DNA from: an uncultured Spirochaetaceae bacterium
Lineage (GTDB): Bacteria > Spirochaetota > Spirochaetia > SZUA-6 > RPPD01
Reading direction: 5' to 3'
Length of the DNA stretch: 64,000 bases
NCBI GenBank assembly: GCA_964634205.1
Contig: CAZWKE010000004.1
Location: 26,663-90,662, forward strand
Shown: positions 17,567-27,771 of the stretch, one piece after another
How the letters are laid out: each line of letters starts with the position of its first letter
How positions within the stretch are numbered: the stretch's first letter is position 1
Notes under the pieces: generated by a model
Told to the model about the DNA's origin: nothing
Seen by the model: the letters and a program-made list of their open reading frames with translations, nothing else
Database searches by the model: none
Program-made: the position numbers and the translations under genes

Positions 17567-19243
17567 ATGAAAACAAACAATACCGCCGGCCTGGGAAAGC
17601 CGATCCCCGGTTTGGAAAGCCAATTGGCAAAGATTACCAATCGTTTAAAGACCGACCGCAAGCTGGGCGTGATTCTGATAGATATGACACCGCACTTCGA
17701 TCTTAACACGTATTATAATACCGGTATGTATCGGACCGTTACCACGGCAATAGAAAACTGTATCTGCGGCTTGCAAGGCAAAGAGATACGTCAGGATGAT
17801 GTGCTGGTTGTCAATTATACCGGGGGCAGTAAATATTATATTTTCCTAAGTAAAGCACGGGAGAAGCATTACGTTGAGATAGACGATTACGAACACCTCT
17901 GTCTGCGTATCTATTACACGATCTACAACATTCTGTTTCCGATAATGTATCCCCTAAAAGGTATGGAGCCCCAGGTCAAGATCGGATATGCATTTACTTT
18001 CTATAATCCGTTTGTGGAAGAGATGAAGTTCCTGCAGCAGTTGCTGGATGAGGCGGAAATTACGGCCGGGTACGTAGGCATGAAAATGGAAATGATGAAG
18101 AGAAAACTGCTGTACAACATCATCATGGATGAGGCGATAACAACCAGGTATCAGCCCGTCATCACCCTGGAGAAGAAAAGTATCATCGGTTATGAAGCTT
18201 TTGTCCGGGGCCCCAAAGATTCCTTTTTTGATAATGCCCACAGCCTCTTTAATTTTGCGCGTATCGCGGGGCTGGAATTTGAGCTGGACTGGGTTTGCAA
18301 GCGGTTGATCATTAAAAATGCGCGGGGGCTTGCCGCGGATAAAAAATTGTTTATCAAGATTGTACCGTGTGAGCTCTATAAACACGAAGCATTTGCCCAG
18401 CAGTTTAAATGGATTTTAGAGCAGAACCATATCTCACTCGCGAACATTGTATTTGAGGTCTGCGGACAGACTACGGCGGAGTGCCTCTCGTTTATCCGTA
18501 AACTGGGGGGAGTATATGGGGATATCCGTTACGCGCTTGTGCTGCAGGATATAATTGAAGCTGAAGAGTTGGCACTCTTACAGGAAGACGATGTAACCTA
18601 TCTCAAACTGGGGATGAATATCACCAGATGCATTGAGAGTAAACCCCTGGCAAAGGAATTTCTGGCAAAGGTGATAAAAGCAGCCGGAACCGCGAATTGT
18701 ATTGTTATTGCGGAAGGTATCCATACGCATACGGAGATGAAGGCCCTGCATGGTTTGGGTGTCGGATACGGCCAGGGATATTTCTTTGCCGGACCGGAGG
18801 CGGTATTCTTGGAAATGGTGAATATTGAAGACCATATCGGCAACAAAGAGCTTGAGCGAAATCTTCTTTCCCATATTTATTTTAAGCGCGGAAAAAGTTA
18901 TTTTAATGAAGGGGATTTTGATAAGGCGATTCTGGAGTTTACCAAGGTATTGGAAGTGGATAATAAGAATATTGACGCATTTTACCATCGCGCATTTGCC
19001 TTCTGTGAGGAAGGGGCAACCGTTGTGGCCTTACAGGATCTGCAGGCTATTCTCCGGATAAATCCCGCCTTTTCGGGAGAGCATTTTTTAAGGGGGGCAA
19101 TCCTTGAGAAAAAGGGTGATCTTGGGGCCGCACTTACCGCCTACGAACGCTATATGGAGACCATGCCCCAAGACCCGGATTTTGCGGCGGATATGGCATC
19201 GCAGCGCATCCAAAACATCCGCCGGAACATGAAAAAAACATAG
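17567..19243 (+). CDS. Degenerate GGDEF-EAL protein with C-terminal TPR repeats (likely non-catalytic c-di-GMP-related signalling protein)
   Basis: Start set at the first ATG downstream of divergent tsaE (a TTGACA/TACAGT promoter-like pair precedes it). N-terminal GGDEF-like fold with degenerate signature (…NYTGGSKYYIF…). EAL fold (YQPVITLEKKSIIGYEAFVRGP … IVIAEGIHTHTEMKALHGLGVGYGQGYFFAGP) lacks the DDFGTGYS metal-binding loop. TPR-like repeats in the last ~130 aa. Confidence 0.7.
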   Translation: MKTNNTAGLGKPIPGLESQLAKITNRLKTDRKLGVILIDMTPHFDLNTYYNTGMYRTVTTAIENCICGLQGKEIRQDDVLVVNYTGGSKYYIFLSKAREKHYVEIDDYEHLCLRIYYTIYNILFPIMYPLKGMEPQVKIGYAFTFYNPFVEEMKFLQQLLDEAEITAGYVGMKMEMMKRKLLYNIIMDEAITTRYQPVITLEKKSIIGYEAFVRGPKDSFFDNAHSLFNFARIAGLEFELDWVCKRLIIKNARGLAADKKLFIKIVPCELYKHEAFAQQFKWILEQNHISLANIVFEVCGQTTAECLSFIRKLGGVYGDIRYALVLQDIIEAEELALLQEDDVTYLKLGMNITRCIESKPLAKEFLAKVIKAAGTANCIVIAEGIHTHTEMKALHGLGVGYGQGYFFAGPEAVFLEMVNIEDHIGNKELERNLLSHIYFKRGKSYFNEGDFDKAILEFTKVLEVDNKNIDAFYHRAFAFCEEGATVVALQDLQAILRINPAFSGEHFLRGAILEKKGDLGAALTAYERYMETMPQDPDFAADMASQRIQNIRRNMKKT

Positions 19244-19246
19244 GAA

Positions 19247-20596
19247 TCACGTAACAATATTATATTCATTCAGCTTTCGGTGCAGGGTTTTTCTTCCGAT
19301 GCCCAGAATTTCGGCGGTCTTGCTTTTGTTTCCGCCGTAACGGTTCAAGGTAAGGGTGATGATCTGTTTTTCAGCGTCCGCCAGACTGATGCCGGTGTTT
19401 AGTTTTATGTAATCCTTCTCATTTGACTCTCGCAGGTACGGCGGCAGGTCGTCAACATTGATGATGGTACCCTTACACAATACCACGGCACTTTCAATAC
19501 AGTTACGCAGCTCCCGTACGTTCCCGGGCCAAGAATACTGGCTCAAGATCAGGCGGGCCTTGGGATCGATGCCTTCAATCTTCTTTTTATTCTCTTCGGT
19601 AAACTCTTTTAAAAATGTTGTCATAAGCAGGGGAATATCGTCCTTGCGTTCTCTTAGGGGAGGCACATGCAGGTTTACCACGTTTAATCGGTAATAGAGG
19701 TCTTCGCGGAAATTACCGTTCTTGATCTCCTGTTTCAGATCTTTGTTTGTAGCGGAGAGGATACGGACATCGACGTCGATGGTTTCTTCCCCGCCAACGC
19801 GCTCGAATTTTTTTTCATGGAGCACCCGTAATATCTTTATCTGTACGCTTTGATTGATTTCACCGATTTCATCCAGGAAGATGGTGCCGCCGTTTGCCAG
19901 CTCGAACCGTCCGCGGCGCCGAGCTATGGCACCGGTAAAGGCGCCTTTCTCATGACCGAACAGTTCGCTTTCCAACAGGGTTTCGGTGAGTGCCGCGCAG
20001 TGTACTTTGATGTAGGGTCTGTCCTTGCGCGGTGAGTTGAAATGAATGGCGTCGGCGATTATCTCCTTGCCCACCCCGCTTTCGCCGGTTATCAGTACGG
20101 ATGCCTTGGTGGGCGCCACCTGGCTGATCACGTCGAAGATCTTCTGCATGCGCTCACTTTTTCCGATTATTTGGGGGAACTTGGTCCTGCGGCCCAGTTC
20201 TTCCTGCAGGGCGCGGTGCTGCAGGAACAGTTCGCGGTTGGACAGCGCCCTTTTTACCAGGAGGGAAAGGCGTTCCAGGTTAAGCGGTTTGGTCAGGAAA
20301 TCGTACGCACCGTCCCGCATGGCCTTTACCGCGGACTCAATTGTACCGTGACCGGTAAGGATAATTACGGGAACGGTCGGGTAGGCTGAGACCACTTTTT
20401 TCAACAGCTCTTGACCGGACAGTCCGGGCATTTTCAAGTCCGCGATAATGAGATCGACCTCTTCTTTTTCGACCATCTCCATGGCCTGCTCACCGTCGGG
20501 GGCCAGTAACGTCCGGTATCCCTCCAGTTCCAGGGCCCTCCCCAGACCTTCCCGGATATTTTTCTCATCATCCACAATCAGAATATTAAATTTCAT
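19247..20596 (-). CDS. Sigma-54-dependent response regulator (NtrC family)
   Basis: Receiver (MKFNILIVDDE…), AAA+ sigma-54 activator domain (GESGVGKE, GAFTGA, ESELFGHEKGAFTG, arginine fingers) and a C-terminal Fis-type HTH. Start set at MKFNIL (the track ORF extended further). Confidence 0.9.
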   Translation of the reverse strand: MKFNILIVDDEKNIREGLGRALELEGYRTLLAPDGEQAMEMVEKEEVDLIIADLKMPGLSGQELLKKVVSAYPTVPVIILTGHGTIESAVKAMRDGAYDFLTKPLNLERLSLLVKRALSNRELFLQHRALQEELGRRTKFPQIIGKSERMQKIFDVISQVAPTKASVLITGESGVGKEIIADAIHFNSPRKDRPYIKVHCAALTETLLESELFGHEKGAFTGAIARRRGRFELANGGTIFLDEIGEINQSVQIKILRVLHEKKFERVGGEETIDVDVRILSATNKDLKQEIKNGNFREDLYYRLNVVNLHVPPLRERKDDIPLLMTTFLKEFTEENKKKIEGIDPKARLILSQYSWPGNVRELRNCIESAVVLCKGTIINVDDLPPYLRESNEKDYIKLNTGISLADAEKQIITLTLNRYGGNKSKTAEILGIGRKTLHRKLNEYNIVT

Positions 20597-21758
20597 CCTC
20601 TTCTCCCTCGTACTCAAGCAGTCTTTTTTCTTTCTGGGGAATGGAAAAGGTGAGGATGAAGGTGGTGCCCTCACCCTGTTTTGAGGTCAGCGACACCTCT
20701 CCCAAATGCTCTTTGATTATTTTATACACCAAAGTCAGTCCCAATCCTGAACCGAACTCTTTGGTGGTAAAGTAGGGCTCAAAGATCTTGTCCATGATGG
20801 CATCAGGGATCCCGCATCCATTGTCGATTAACCGCAAAACAACATCAGGGCCGCGCCGGACGGTTTCGATACGCAGAATCCCGCCTTTGGGCATGGCCGA
20901 CAGAGAGTTTTTTATCAGGTTAAGCAGTGCCTGTTTCATGTATTTATCGTCCATTAATATCTTGGGCAGGTTCCGGGCCAGTTCGGTTTCAATTTTTACA
21001 TGTGCCTGTTCCAGCTCGAATTTAAGGAAATCCAGCAGTTCCCGTACAAGCTGGTTCAGATCTCCCTCCTCCAGTTTCATATCCATTGGTCGAACCGCGA
21101 ACAGAAAATCCACGACAATCCGGTTAAGCCGGTCCACCTCCTCGTTTATCACATCAAGGTAGTGTCTGATGCTTTTTGTTTTGATAGTTTGTTTCTTGTT
21201 CATCTCCTTCTGGGCAAGCTGAAGATGGATCCCAATGGAACCGAGGGGATTTTTGATCTCGTGAGCCACGCCGGCCGCCAGGGTGGTCAGTGCCGCCAGA
21301 CTCTCCGCTCTGCGCAGCCGGGCCTGGTTGAGTTTTTTTTCCGTAATATCCTCGATATGGATAAGGTTGCCCTGAATCTTCCCCTCTTTTACCAGCGGCA
21401 TTATGCTTATCGATATGGTCCTGGCGATTCCCCCGCCGAGGACAAAATTTTTATCTCTTATTGTTTCCTGGTTGGTAAGTTTTTCCCTGAAAAATCCGGC
21501 GAGCTCATCGTCATCCAATGCTTCCCAGATTTTTTTTTCCATGATATCGGCGGCCACAAGCGGAATCAAACGCTCGGAGGCCTTGTTGAACAGGAGGATA
21601 TTATTGTCCCTGTCCGTTACCATAACGCCGTCGGTCATGGAATGCAGTACCATCTCCAAAAGCTCATTGTCCGCGCCGATATGCGCAAACAGTCTGCGGA
21701 TGCTTTCCCGGTCAAGTTTTTCCCATTTTTGTAAAGCTTTTTCCAGGAATTTTCTCAT
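20586..21758 (-). CDS. PAS-domain sensor histidine kinase (cytoplasmic)
   Basis: 390 aa. PAS-like N-terminal half, H-box AHEIKNPLGSI, N box NLIKNSLSAM, G box GSGLGLTLVYKII. Its stop overlaps the NtrC-type regulator start, so the two form a cognate pair. Confidence 0.85.
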   Translation of the reverse strand: MRKFLEKALQKWEKLDRESIRRLFAHIGADNELLEMVLHSMTDGVMVTDRDNNILLFNKASERLIPLVAADIMEKKIWEALDDDELAGFFREKLTNQETIRDKNFVLGGGIARTISISIMPLVKEGKIQGNLIHIEDITEKKLNQARLRRAESLAALTTLAAGVAHEIKNPLGSIGIHLQLAQKEMNKKQTIKTKSIRHYLDVINEEVDRLNRIVVDFLFAVRPMDMKLEEGDLNQLVRELLDFLKFELEQAHVKIETELARNLPKILMDDKYMKQALLNLIKNSLSAMPKGGILRIETVRRGPDVVLRLIDNGCGIPDAIMDKIFEPYFTTKEFGSGLGLTLVYKIIKEHLGEVSLTSKQGEGTTFILTFSIPQKEKRLLEYEGEEDEI

Positions 21759-22975
21759 AGAACGGCTTTCATCTGGTAAAAGAGGTTTTGAATAAAAAGT
21801 TTGGACTGCAGGTTCAGGGTTTTTTGTTCCCGGTAACGCCTGCCGATTATTTTTATCCAGTTTTCCAGGTGGGTAATACTGGGGACCTGTTGTTGTGTCT
21901 GCAGCGAATCCATATGGTTCCGGAAATATTCATTCAACACCCGCAGCAGTTCCTGAATAAAAAGGGTGATAAGGTTTTTCTGGGATTCATATGAAAATAG
22001 TTCCTGCATCTCATTCAAAATATCAACACTCGGATCATTTCTGTCCAGTACCTTTTGAAAGAAGGTATTCGCCATGTTGGCAAGCGAAGCGGCATTAATA
22101 TCCTGCCAAGCTAAAAAATAACTCTTTAAGGAGGAAAAGTCTAATGATTCCTCGTGGAATATTCGGGTCAATATCTCTTTTACCTGCTCCGCGTTTCTTT
22201 CTATAAACCTGTAGTGCCGCAACCGTGAACGAATCGTCGGGATGATTTGCGTGAGCCGCGTGGCGGTCAGCATAATATATACTCCCGGCGGCGGTTCTTC
22301 GAGGAGTTTAAGCAGGGAATTACGGGAGGATTCCAGCATGTTATCGGCGTTTTCTATGATAATGATTTTGGGTGAATTGGGGGTGGAAAGATGCGTCCAT
22401 TGAATGAGTTTGCGAACCTGCCCTATGGGGATATTGTCCGCACTGACATAGGATGACAGTTTTGCGGTCAGATCGATTATCGAAGAGATAATGCCGGCCA
22501 GCTCTTTTTCCGCGGGCAGCGCATTCTGTGGTGCCAGATTGCCGAGCAGCTCTTCAACCTCAAAAACAAGGTCGCTGACCTTCTTTTTTGTGCTCTCGTC
22601 CGCTTCCCAGATTGAGGGATCAAACCTTCTGGTAAGTTTCCTTGCCGCCCGTAAAAGCAGATAGCGGGATGCCTGCTTGCGGGTACGGTACAGTACGTCC
22701 GCCGAAGCGGCGATCTCGATGGTAAAATACCTTGAGCCCAGCAGGGTGACATAGGGATGCAACAACTCCCTGTTCAGATTACACTGGTAGCAGCCGCAGT
22801 TCCAGGCTGCTTTTTTATGTTCGCATACCAGTACCCGTGCCATTTCCAGGGCCGTGCTCAGTTTACCCGTATACGGAGACCCGTAAAAAAGTGAGGCCCT
22901 GGGGAAGATCCCCCGTTTCAGTTCCTGTTTGAGAATGGAGATGGTTGTTTTATTTCCGATTATATTTTCAAACAT
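21755..22975 (-). CDS. holB: DNA polymerase III delta-prime subunit
   Basis: 406 aa. Degenerate AAA+ clamp-loader fold: P-loop-like GSPYTGK, zinc-module cysteines (CEHKKAAWNCGCYQC) and SRC-like TIRSRLRHYRF. Confidence 0.8.
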   Translation of the reverse strand: MFENIIGNKTTISILKQELKRGIFPRASLFYGSPYTGKLSTALEMARVLVCEHKKAAWNCGCYQCNLNRELLHPYVTLLGSRYFTIEIAASADVLYRTRKQASRYLLLRAARKLTRRFDPSIWEADESTKKKVSDLVFEVEELLGNLAPQNALPAEKELAGIISSIIDLTAKLSSYVSADNIPIGQVRKLIQWTHLSTPNSPKIIIIENADNMLESSRNSLLKLLEEPPPGVYIMLTATRLTQIIPTIRSRLRHYRFIERNAEQVKEILTRIFHEESLDFSSLKSYFLAWQDINAASLANMANTFFQKVLDRNDPSVDILNEMQELFSYESQKNLITLFIQELLRVLNEYFRNHMDSLQTQQQVPSITHLENWIKIIGRRYREQKTLNLQSKLFIQNLFYQMKAVL

Positions 22976-23475
22976 GCTTCTCTTAATGGTATCAGGTTGA
23001 ATATATCCGGCATGGACGGTAAAAAAGGCGTAAAGATACTGTTAAAGATACTGCGCTGTAATAATTGTTGCAGTCCCTCCCAGGGCAGCCAGTGGGCAAT
23101 GATCAGGAGAATGGCAACCACCAAGACTCCCTCCACCAATCCCAGGATCACTCCCAGCGCCCGGTCCAGGTTTTCCAGGTTCAGCCTGCCTATGAGGTTC
23201 AGAAAGAACCCCTGGATCAGGTAGACCAGCAGGTACACCAGTAAAAATATGATGAGAAAAGAGATGATGTGATTCCAGATTGAATCTTTCGCACCAGTGA
23301 GCATAGCCGTTACATCGGACAACATGTTGGAAAAAAGCACGGCGCAAAGGATTCCCAAAATGGGTGCGGCCATCAGGGAAATTTCGGTGACAAATCCGCG
23401 AAACCCGCCCCTGATAATGAGAATAAGAAGAATTAATAAAAAGACAATATCCAGTATCGATATGCCGTCAGGCAT
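22960..23475 (-). CDS. cvpA: CvpA-family membrane protein (colicin V production protein family)
   Basis: 171 aa with four hydrophobic helices. N-terminal DIVFLLILLILIIRGGFRGFV matches the CvpA family start. Confidence 0.75.
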   Translation of the reverse strand: MPDGISILDIVFLLILLILIIRGGFRGFVTEISLMAAPILGILCAVLFSNMLSDVTAMLTGAKDSIWNHIISFLIIFLLVYLLVYLIQGFFLNLIGRLNLENLDRALGVILGLVEGVLVVAILLIIAHWLPWEGLQQLLQRSIFNSIFTPFLPSMPDIFNLIPLREACLKI

Positions 23476-24565
23476 TGTGATTCTCCCCGATCATCTCTAT
23501 AAGTATCCGGGCAATCCTTTCCGTAGCGTGGGGTACACCAAGGTTCGCGGCCGCCCGTGCCATATTTTTAAGATCCGTACCATTATCTAACAGATTTTTG
23601 ATGGTTTCAAGGAGTTTTCGGCCGGTTATGGTTTCCTGCCGCAGCACCACCGCCGCACCGGCCTTCTTGAATATTTCCGCGTTGCGCAACTGGTCTCCGC
23701 GGCTGCCCGACGTTCCCAAAGGGACAAGAACAGCCGGGGTACCGGTGACCGCCAGTTCCCAGAGAGTGTTGGCCCCGGCACGGCTTATTACCAGATCCGC
23801 CGCGGCCAGAAAATGGGGAAGCTCAGGCCCGATAAAGGGAAACGCCCGGTAGTGCGGATACGAATGCCGCGGCAGGGGATGCCTGCGGCCCACCTGGTGA
23901 ACCACAAACCAGTCTTTTTCAAGCTCCCCGATTATCTGTTTAATGAGCGTGTTGATTTCGGCGGCCCCCAGGCTGCCGCCCAGGACCAGGATGATTTTTT
24001 TTTCGGCCGGACAGCCCAACAGCGATCTCCCCGTTTGGGCGTCACCCTGTTCGATCTCAGGACGCACGGGATTGCCGCTGTATATCAGTTTTTTTTGGGC
24101 CGATCCGGAGAAATAACGCCCGGAATCCCTGAAAGAGGTCAGTACGCGATTGCAAAACTTTGCGTTGATTTTTGTAGCCAGACCCGGATCATAATCGGAC
24201 TCATGGGTAACACTCGGGATCCCGAGTATGCGCGCGGCAAGCACCGGCGGCACACTGACAAACCCACCCTTGGAAAAAAGCAGTTTGGGCCGCAGCAAAA
24301 ATAGATAAACCAATGAATAGATGATTCCGCCCACGAATGTAAAAAGGTCTACTATGTTCCAAAGGGAAAAATATCTGCGCAGCTTTCCCGCGGGAATGCA
24401 GAGAAACCGGATGCCCTCTGAGCGTATAATCGAACGTTCCAAACCGTAGCGGGTACCGAGCCAATATATGGTACAGGGAACGGATTGCTGCAGCCGGCGT
24501 GCCACGGCCAGTCCGGGAAATACATGCCCGGCCGTGCCGCCGCCGGTAAAAATTATATTTCTCAT
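23468..24565 (-). CDS. murG: UDP-N-acetylglucosamine--N-acetylmuramyl-(pentapeptide) pyrophosphoryl-undecaprenol N-acetylglucosamine transferase
   Basis: 365 aa. N-terminal GGGTAGHVFPGLAV and C-terminal glycosyltransferase-B motifs (…LVLGGSLGA…, …AGANTLWELA…). Confidence 0.9.
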   Translation of the reverse strand: MRNIIFTGGGTAGHVFPGLAVARRLQQSVPCTIYWLGTRYGLERSIIRSEGIRFLCIPAGKLRRYFSLWNIVDLFTFVGGIIYSLVYLFLLRPKLLFSKGGFVSVPPVLAARILGIPSVTHESDYDPGLATKINAKFCNRVLTSFRDSGRYFSGSAQKKLIYSGNPVRPEIEQGDAQTGRSLLGCPAEKKIILVLGGSLGAAEINTLIKQIIGELEKDWFVVHQVGRRHPLPRHSYPHYRAFPFIGPELPHFLAAADLVISRAGANTLWELAVTGTPAVLVPLGTSGSRGDQLRNAEIFKKAGAAVVLRQETITGRKLLETIKNLLDNGTDLKNMARAAANLGVPHATERIARILIEMIGENHNA

Positions 24566-24631
24566 ACACTCCTTACTTTAAACATCATCAGTTTTGCGTT
24601 ATATTTATCTATCGAAGGAGTTTAGCATAAC

Positions 24632-25405
24632 ATGAAAAAGAAAACTGTTGCAATTATCATGCTGATTTTATCGGGTTATTTTTTGTACGCGGACGGTCTT
24701 AAAAATTTTGAAGATGTGTTGAGTGCCCAGATTCTGCAAAACCTTTCCCAATATGGGGAGTTAAAGAATACATTTGATGATAAGGTACACCTGCGCTATT
24801 TTCCGGATGTGAAGCTGCGGGAAGTGATTAAGAAGCAGATCAGGCAACTTAAGCCCATCTTTGGGATCGAGGTCCTGCTGACCTATAAAATGAAAGGAAA
24901 GGATTTTTCCGCTGAAAAGCAGCGCCTGGCCCTGTATAATATTCTGCGTTCCATCAGTACCTTGAAGGGAATTCAATACTATTCCCAAAGTCGCGGTCGT
25001 ATGCGCATAATGTTCCACGACGCCTACATCGTTGATTCCCCGGACACAAAGAAAAAACTGCCGGACCGCCTGGTGGATATAATCCCGGCCTACAGTACGC
25101 TGTATATCTACCAGGACGATTCCTCGTTCGGACAGAATATCTTTGAGACCGTCTATTACGCAGAGGACGGGTATTTCTTAATGAAAATGGAAAATCTCAC
25201 CAAGATCTGGTACGGGATCATCCCCCTGATAGATCCCCATCACCTGAATTATATCATTTTTATCTATCCCAAAGGAGATACCATTCTGTTTTACTCGGTG
25301 GTGTGTGTGAATGCCTTTAATCTTTTCGGCATCGCGGAAAGCAGAACGGCTTCTTTTTACAACAGGATAAAGGCCCTCTATGCCTGGTTTCTTTCCCAAC
25401 TGTAA
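24632..25405 (+). CDS. Hypothetical secreted protein
   Basis: 257 aa, signal peptide MKKKTVAIIMLILSGYFLYADG. No family recognised. Confidence 0.5.
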   Translation: MKKKTVAIIMLILSGYFLYADGLKNFEDVLSAQILQNLSQYGELKNTFDDKVHLRYFPDVKLREVIKKQIRQLKPIFGIEVLLTYKMKGKDFSAEKQRLALYNILRSISTLKGIQYYSQSRGRMRIMFHDAYIVDSPDTKKKLPDRLVDIIPAYSTLYIYQDDSSFGQNIFETVYYAEDGYFLMKMENLTKIWYGIIPLIDPHHLNYIIFIYPKGDTILFYSVVCVNAFNLFGIAESRTASFYNRIKALYAWFLSQL

Positions 25406-25485
25406 GAGAAGCATATGTCTGTATGAAAAAGTCGCCCGGCGGCGCGGTACACGCGGACCCTTTGGCGGCGGTTGAGGGAGGTTGT

Positions 25486-26517
25486 CTACTCCAGGCAGAC
25501 CCTGTTTCTGCCCTGTTGCTTGGCCAGGTACATGGCCTTGTCCGCGCGTTCTATCCATTTCTCACGGGACTCGTTTGAGCGGTACTGGGATATGCCCAGC
25601 GAGATGGTGATCTTGATCTCTTCGTCGGCGCATTCCATGATTGAGTTTTCAATTTCTTTGCGAAACCGCTCCCCGATGGTGTATGCCTGCATCAGGTTGG
25701 TGTTGGGCAGGATGATAAAAAACTCCTCCCCGCCGTAGCGACCGGCATAATCATATTTTCGCAGCTGGTTTCGGAGTCTTTTGCCGATTTCACGGATTAC
25801 CCCGTCTCCGCATTGGTGCCCGAAATTGTCGTTTATCTCTTTAAAATGATCGATATCAAGCATTATACCGGTCAGTGGGATAAGCGCCCTGATGGCCCGT
25901 TCAATCTCTATATCGATGCGGTTGAACAAACTCATTCTGTTTAACAAGCCGGAGAGGGTATCGTACATGGCGATTTTCTCCAACTCTTTTTTCTTGCGTT
26001 TCAGTTCCTTGTTCTGCCGGGTGATGTTTTTAAAGGCTTTTTTCAAATACAGGTTCTGGTCAAGAATTTTAGACGAAAGCTGCTCTTCCTGAAAAACCGC
26101 GTTTTTCAGGAAATCGCGTTCCTCATAGACACTGATCTGCTTGTTCAACCGGATAATGGCGGCCTTGACGCGGGCCTTTATCTCCAGACTGTTTACGGGA
26201 CGTTTGATAAAATCATCCCCGCCCCATTCCATGAGATGCTGCATCACCTTTTTGTTTTTAGAGTCTGAAATAAACAGAAGCTGTAACGGTTTGTTGTAGT
26301 ACCGTTTATGGATATCCTTGCAAAGCTGTTCCACCTGTTTGGGTTCAACATTGATATTAATGAGAATAATCTGGATATCCTTTTTATCGATAATTGTCAG
26401 CGCGTCTTTCGTGGAATCGCTTAAAAACAACTCATACCCGTTTTGTGAGAGATGCTTTGATAATAACTCACCGTCTGCTTGCTCGTGTTCCACAAGCAAT
26501 ATGTTTACCTTTTGCAT
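25486..26517 (-). CDS. Diguanylate cyclase (GGDEF) with N-terminal pseudo-receiver domain
   Basis: 343 aa. Intact GGEEF active site with an RxxD I-site just upstream (RKYD…GRYGGEEF). The CheY-like N-terminal domain has Asn (LININVEP) where the phospho-Asp is expected and EHE in place of the acidic pair. Confidence 0.85.
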   Translation of the reverse strand: MQKVNILLVEHEQADGELLSKHLSQNGYELFLSDSTKDALTIIDKKDIQIILININVEPKQVEQLCKDIHKRYYNKPLQLLFISDSKNKKVMQHLMEWGGDDFIKRPVNSLEIKARVKAAIIRLNKQISVYEERDFLKNAVFQEEQLSSKILDQNLYLKKAFKNITRQNKELKRKKKELEKIAMYDTLSGLLNRMSLFNRIDIEIERAIRALIPLTGIMLDIDHFKEINDNFGHQCGDGVIREIGKRLRNQLRKYDYAGRYGGEEFFIILPNTNLMQAYTIGERFRKEIENSIMECADEEIKITISLGISQYRSNESREKWIERADKAMYLAKQQGRNRVCLE

Positions 26518-26643
26518 TTCCTTCCCAAAACCTTATCAATAATTCGCCGGGTCAACGTTTGAGGATTGTATTTTATAATAGTCGTTTTTTATCTACCTAT
26601 AGTATACTATGTTTCTTATAATTAATCTCATTTTTTTTAAAAC

Positions 26644-26680
26644 TTGACAAGTAGGTAGGCATATATTATGTTCATTTTAT
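26644..26680 (+). promoter_or_regulatory. Sigma-70-like promoter candidate for the M48 peptidase gene (TTGACA, 17 nt, TATGTT / overlapping TATATT)
   Basis: TTGACA at 26644 with an AT-rich -10 region 17 nt downstream. Sits ~35-65 nt upstream of the ATG at 26714. Confidence 0.35.
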
Positions 26681-26713
26681 TAATGCGTTTTTTTCGGCAA
26701 AAAAGGACATAAA

Positions 26714-27748
26714 ATGGGAAAAGATCTTACACCTGCCATAAAATATCTGACGGATATCAGTCCCAAGGCCTGGGAGCACCCTGCAGACCGGGCGGCGCTG
26801 CTGGCCCTGAAACAGATACCGGTTATCGACGAGATAATAAAGAAGCTGTTCGGAACAACATTCGAACGCGCCATACGAATGCTGTTTCTGGCCTCTTCCG
26901 TGCGGGTAACCCCCCGGCAGTTTTCCAAAATACACACCCTCTATGTGGAGGCCTGTGCCCGGCTGGATGTAAAGCAGGTCCCGGAACTCTATATAACCCA
27001 GAATCCGGACTGGAATGCCATGGCCGTGGGAGTGGATACCCCGATAATTGTGTTTCATTCGGCGTTTTTAAAGGACCTTTCGGATAATGAGATAATAGCG
27101 GTATTGGGACACGAGCTGAGCCACTGTTTAAGCGGGCATGTGCTGTATAAAACACTGCTCTGGCTGCTGCTGTCGATTCCGCTGCAGCTCATGGGGATGT
27201 TCGGCCTGGATGCCGCCATCCGGCTGGTGATCATGGCCCTGATGGAATGGGACCGTAAAAGTGAACTGAGTGCGGACAGGGCCGGACTGTTGGCCGCCCA
27301 GAACGCGGACGCATGTTTTACCCTGGAGATGAAACTGGCGGGCGGCCCGGATACGGACAAAATGAATATTAATGAGTTTTTTCTGCAGGCCGAGGAGTAC
27401 GATAAAGGCGGTGATGTCCTGGACAGCCTCTATAAAATGTTCAACATTCTGAACAGAACCCATCCATTTCCGGTGATGCGCCTGGCCGAGTTGAAAACAT
27501 GGATCGACAGGGGAGAGTACAGCAAGATCATGGACGGGCAGTACCCGCGGCGCGGTGCCGAGGGGCCGGAGGATCTGTTCAAGCAGGCTCAAGAGGCGGC
27601 CGATCAGTACAAGGAAGACCTTAAACATTCAAAAGATCCTCTTGCCGGTATCGTTTCCGAACTGGTAAAGGACGCCGAACCGATTGCCAACCAGGTGAAG
27701 GATTTTTTTGATAATCTCTTGGGTGGTAAAAGCGGGGAGAAACAATAA
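26714..27748 (+). CDS. M48-family zinc metallopeptidase (HtpX-like)
   Basis: 344 aa. HEXXH (HELSHCLSGH) followed by hydrophobic helices. M48 fold order. Confidence 0.8.
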   Translation: MGKDLTPAIKYLTDISPKAWEHPADRAALLALKQIPVIDEIIKKLFGTTFERAIRMLFLASSVRVTPRQFSKIHTLYVEACARLDVKQVPELYITQNPDWNAMAVGVDTPIIVFHSAFLKDLSDNEIIAVLGHELSHCLSGHVLYKTLLWLLLSIPLQLMGMFGLDAAIRLVIMALMEWDRKSELSADRAGLLAAQNADACFTLEMKLAGGPDTDKMNINEFFLQAEEYDKGGDVLDSLYKMFNILNRTHPFPVMRLAELKTWIDRGEYSKIMDGQYPRRGAEGPEDLFKQAQEAADQYKEDLKHSKDPLAGIVSELVKDAEPIANQVKDFFDNLLGGKSGEKQ

Positions 27749-27771
27749 ACGCTTCGGGGAGACGCCTCCGC

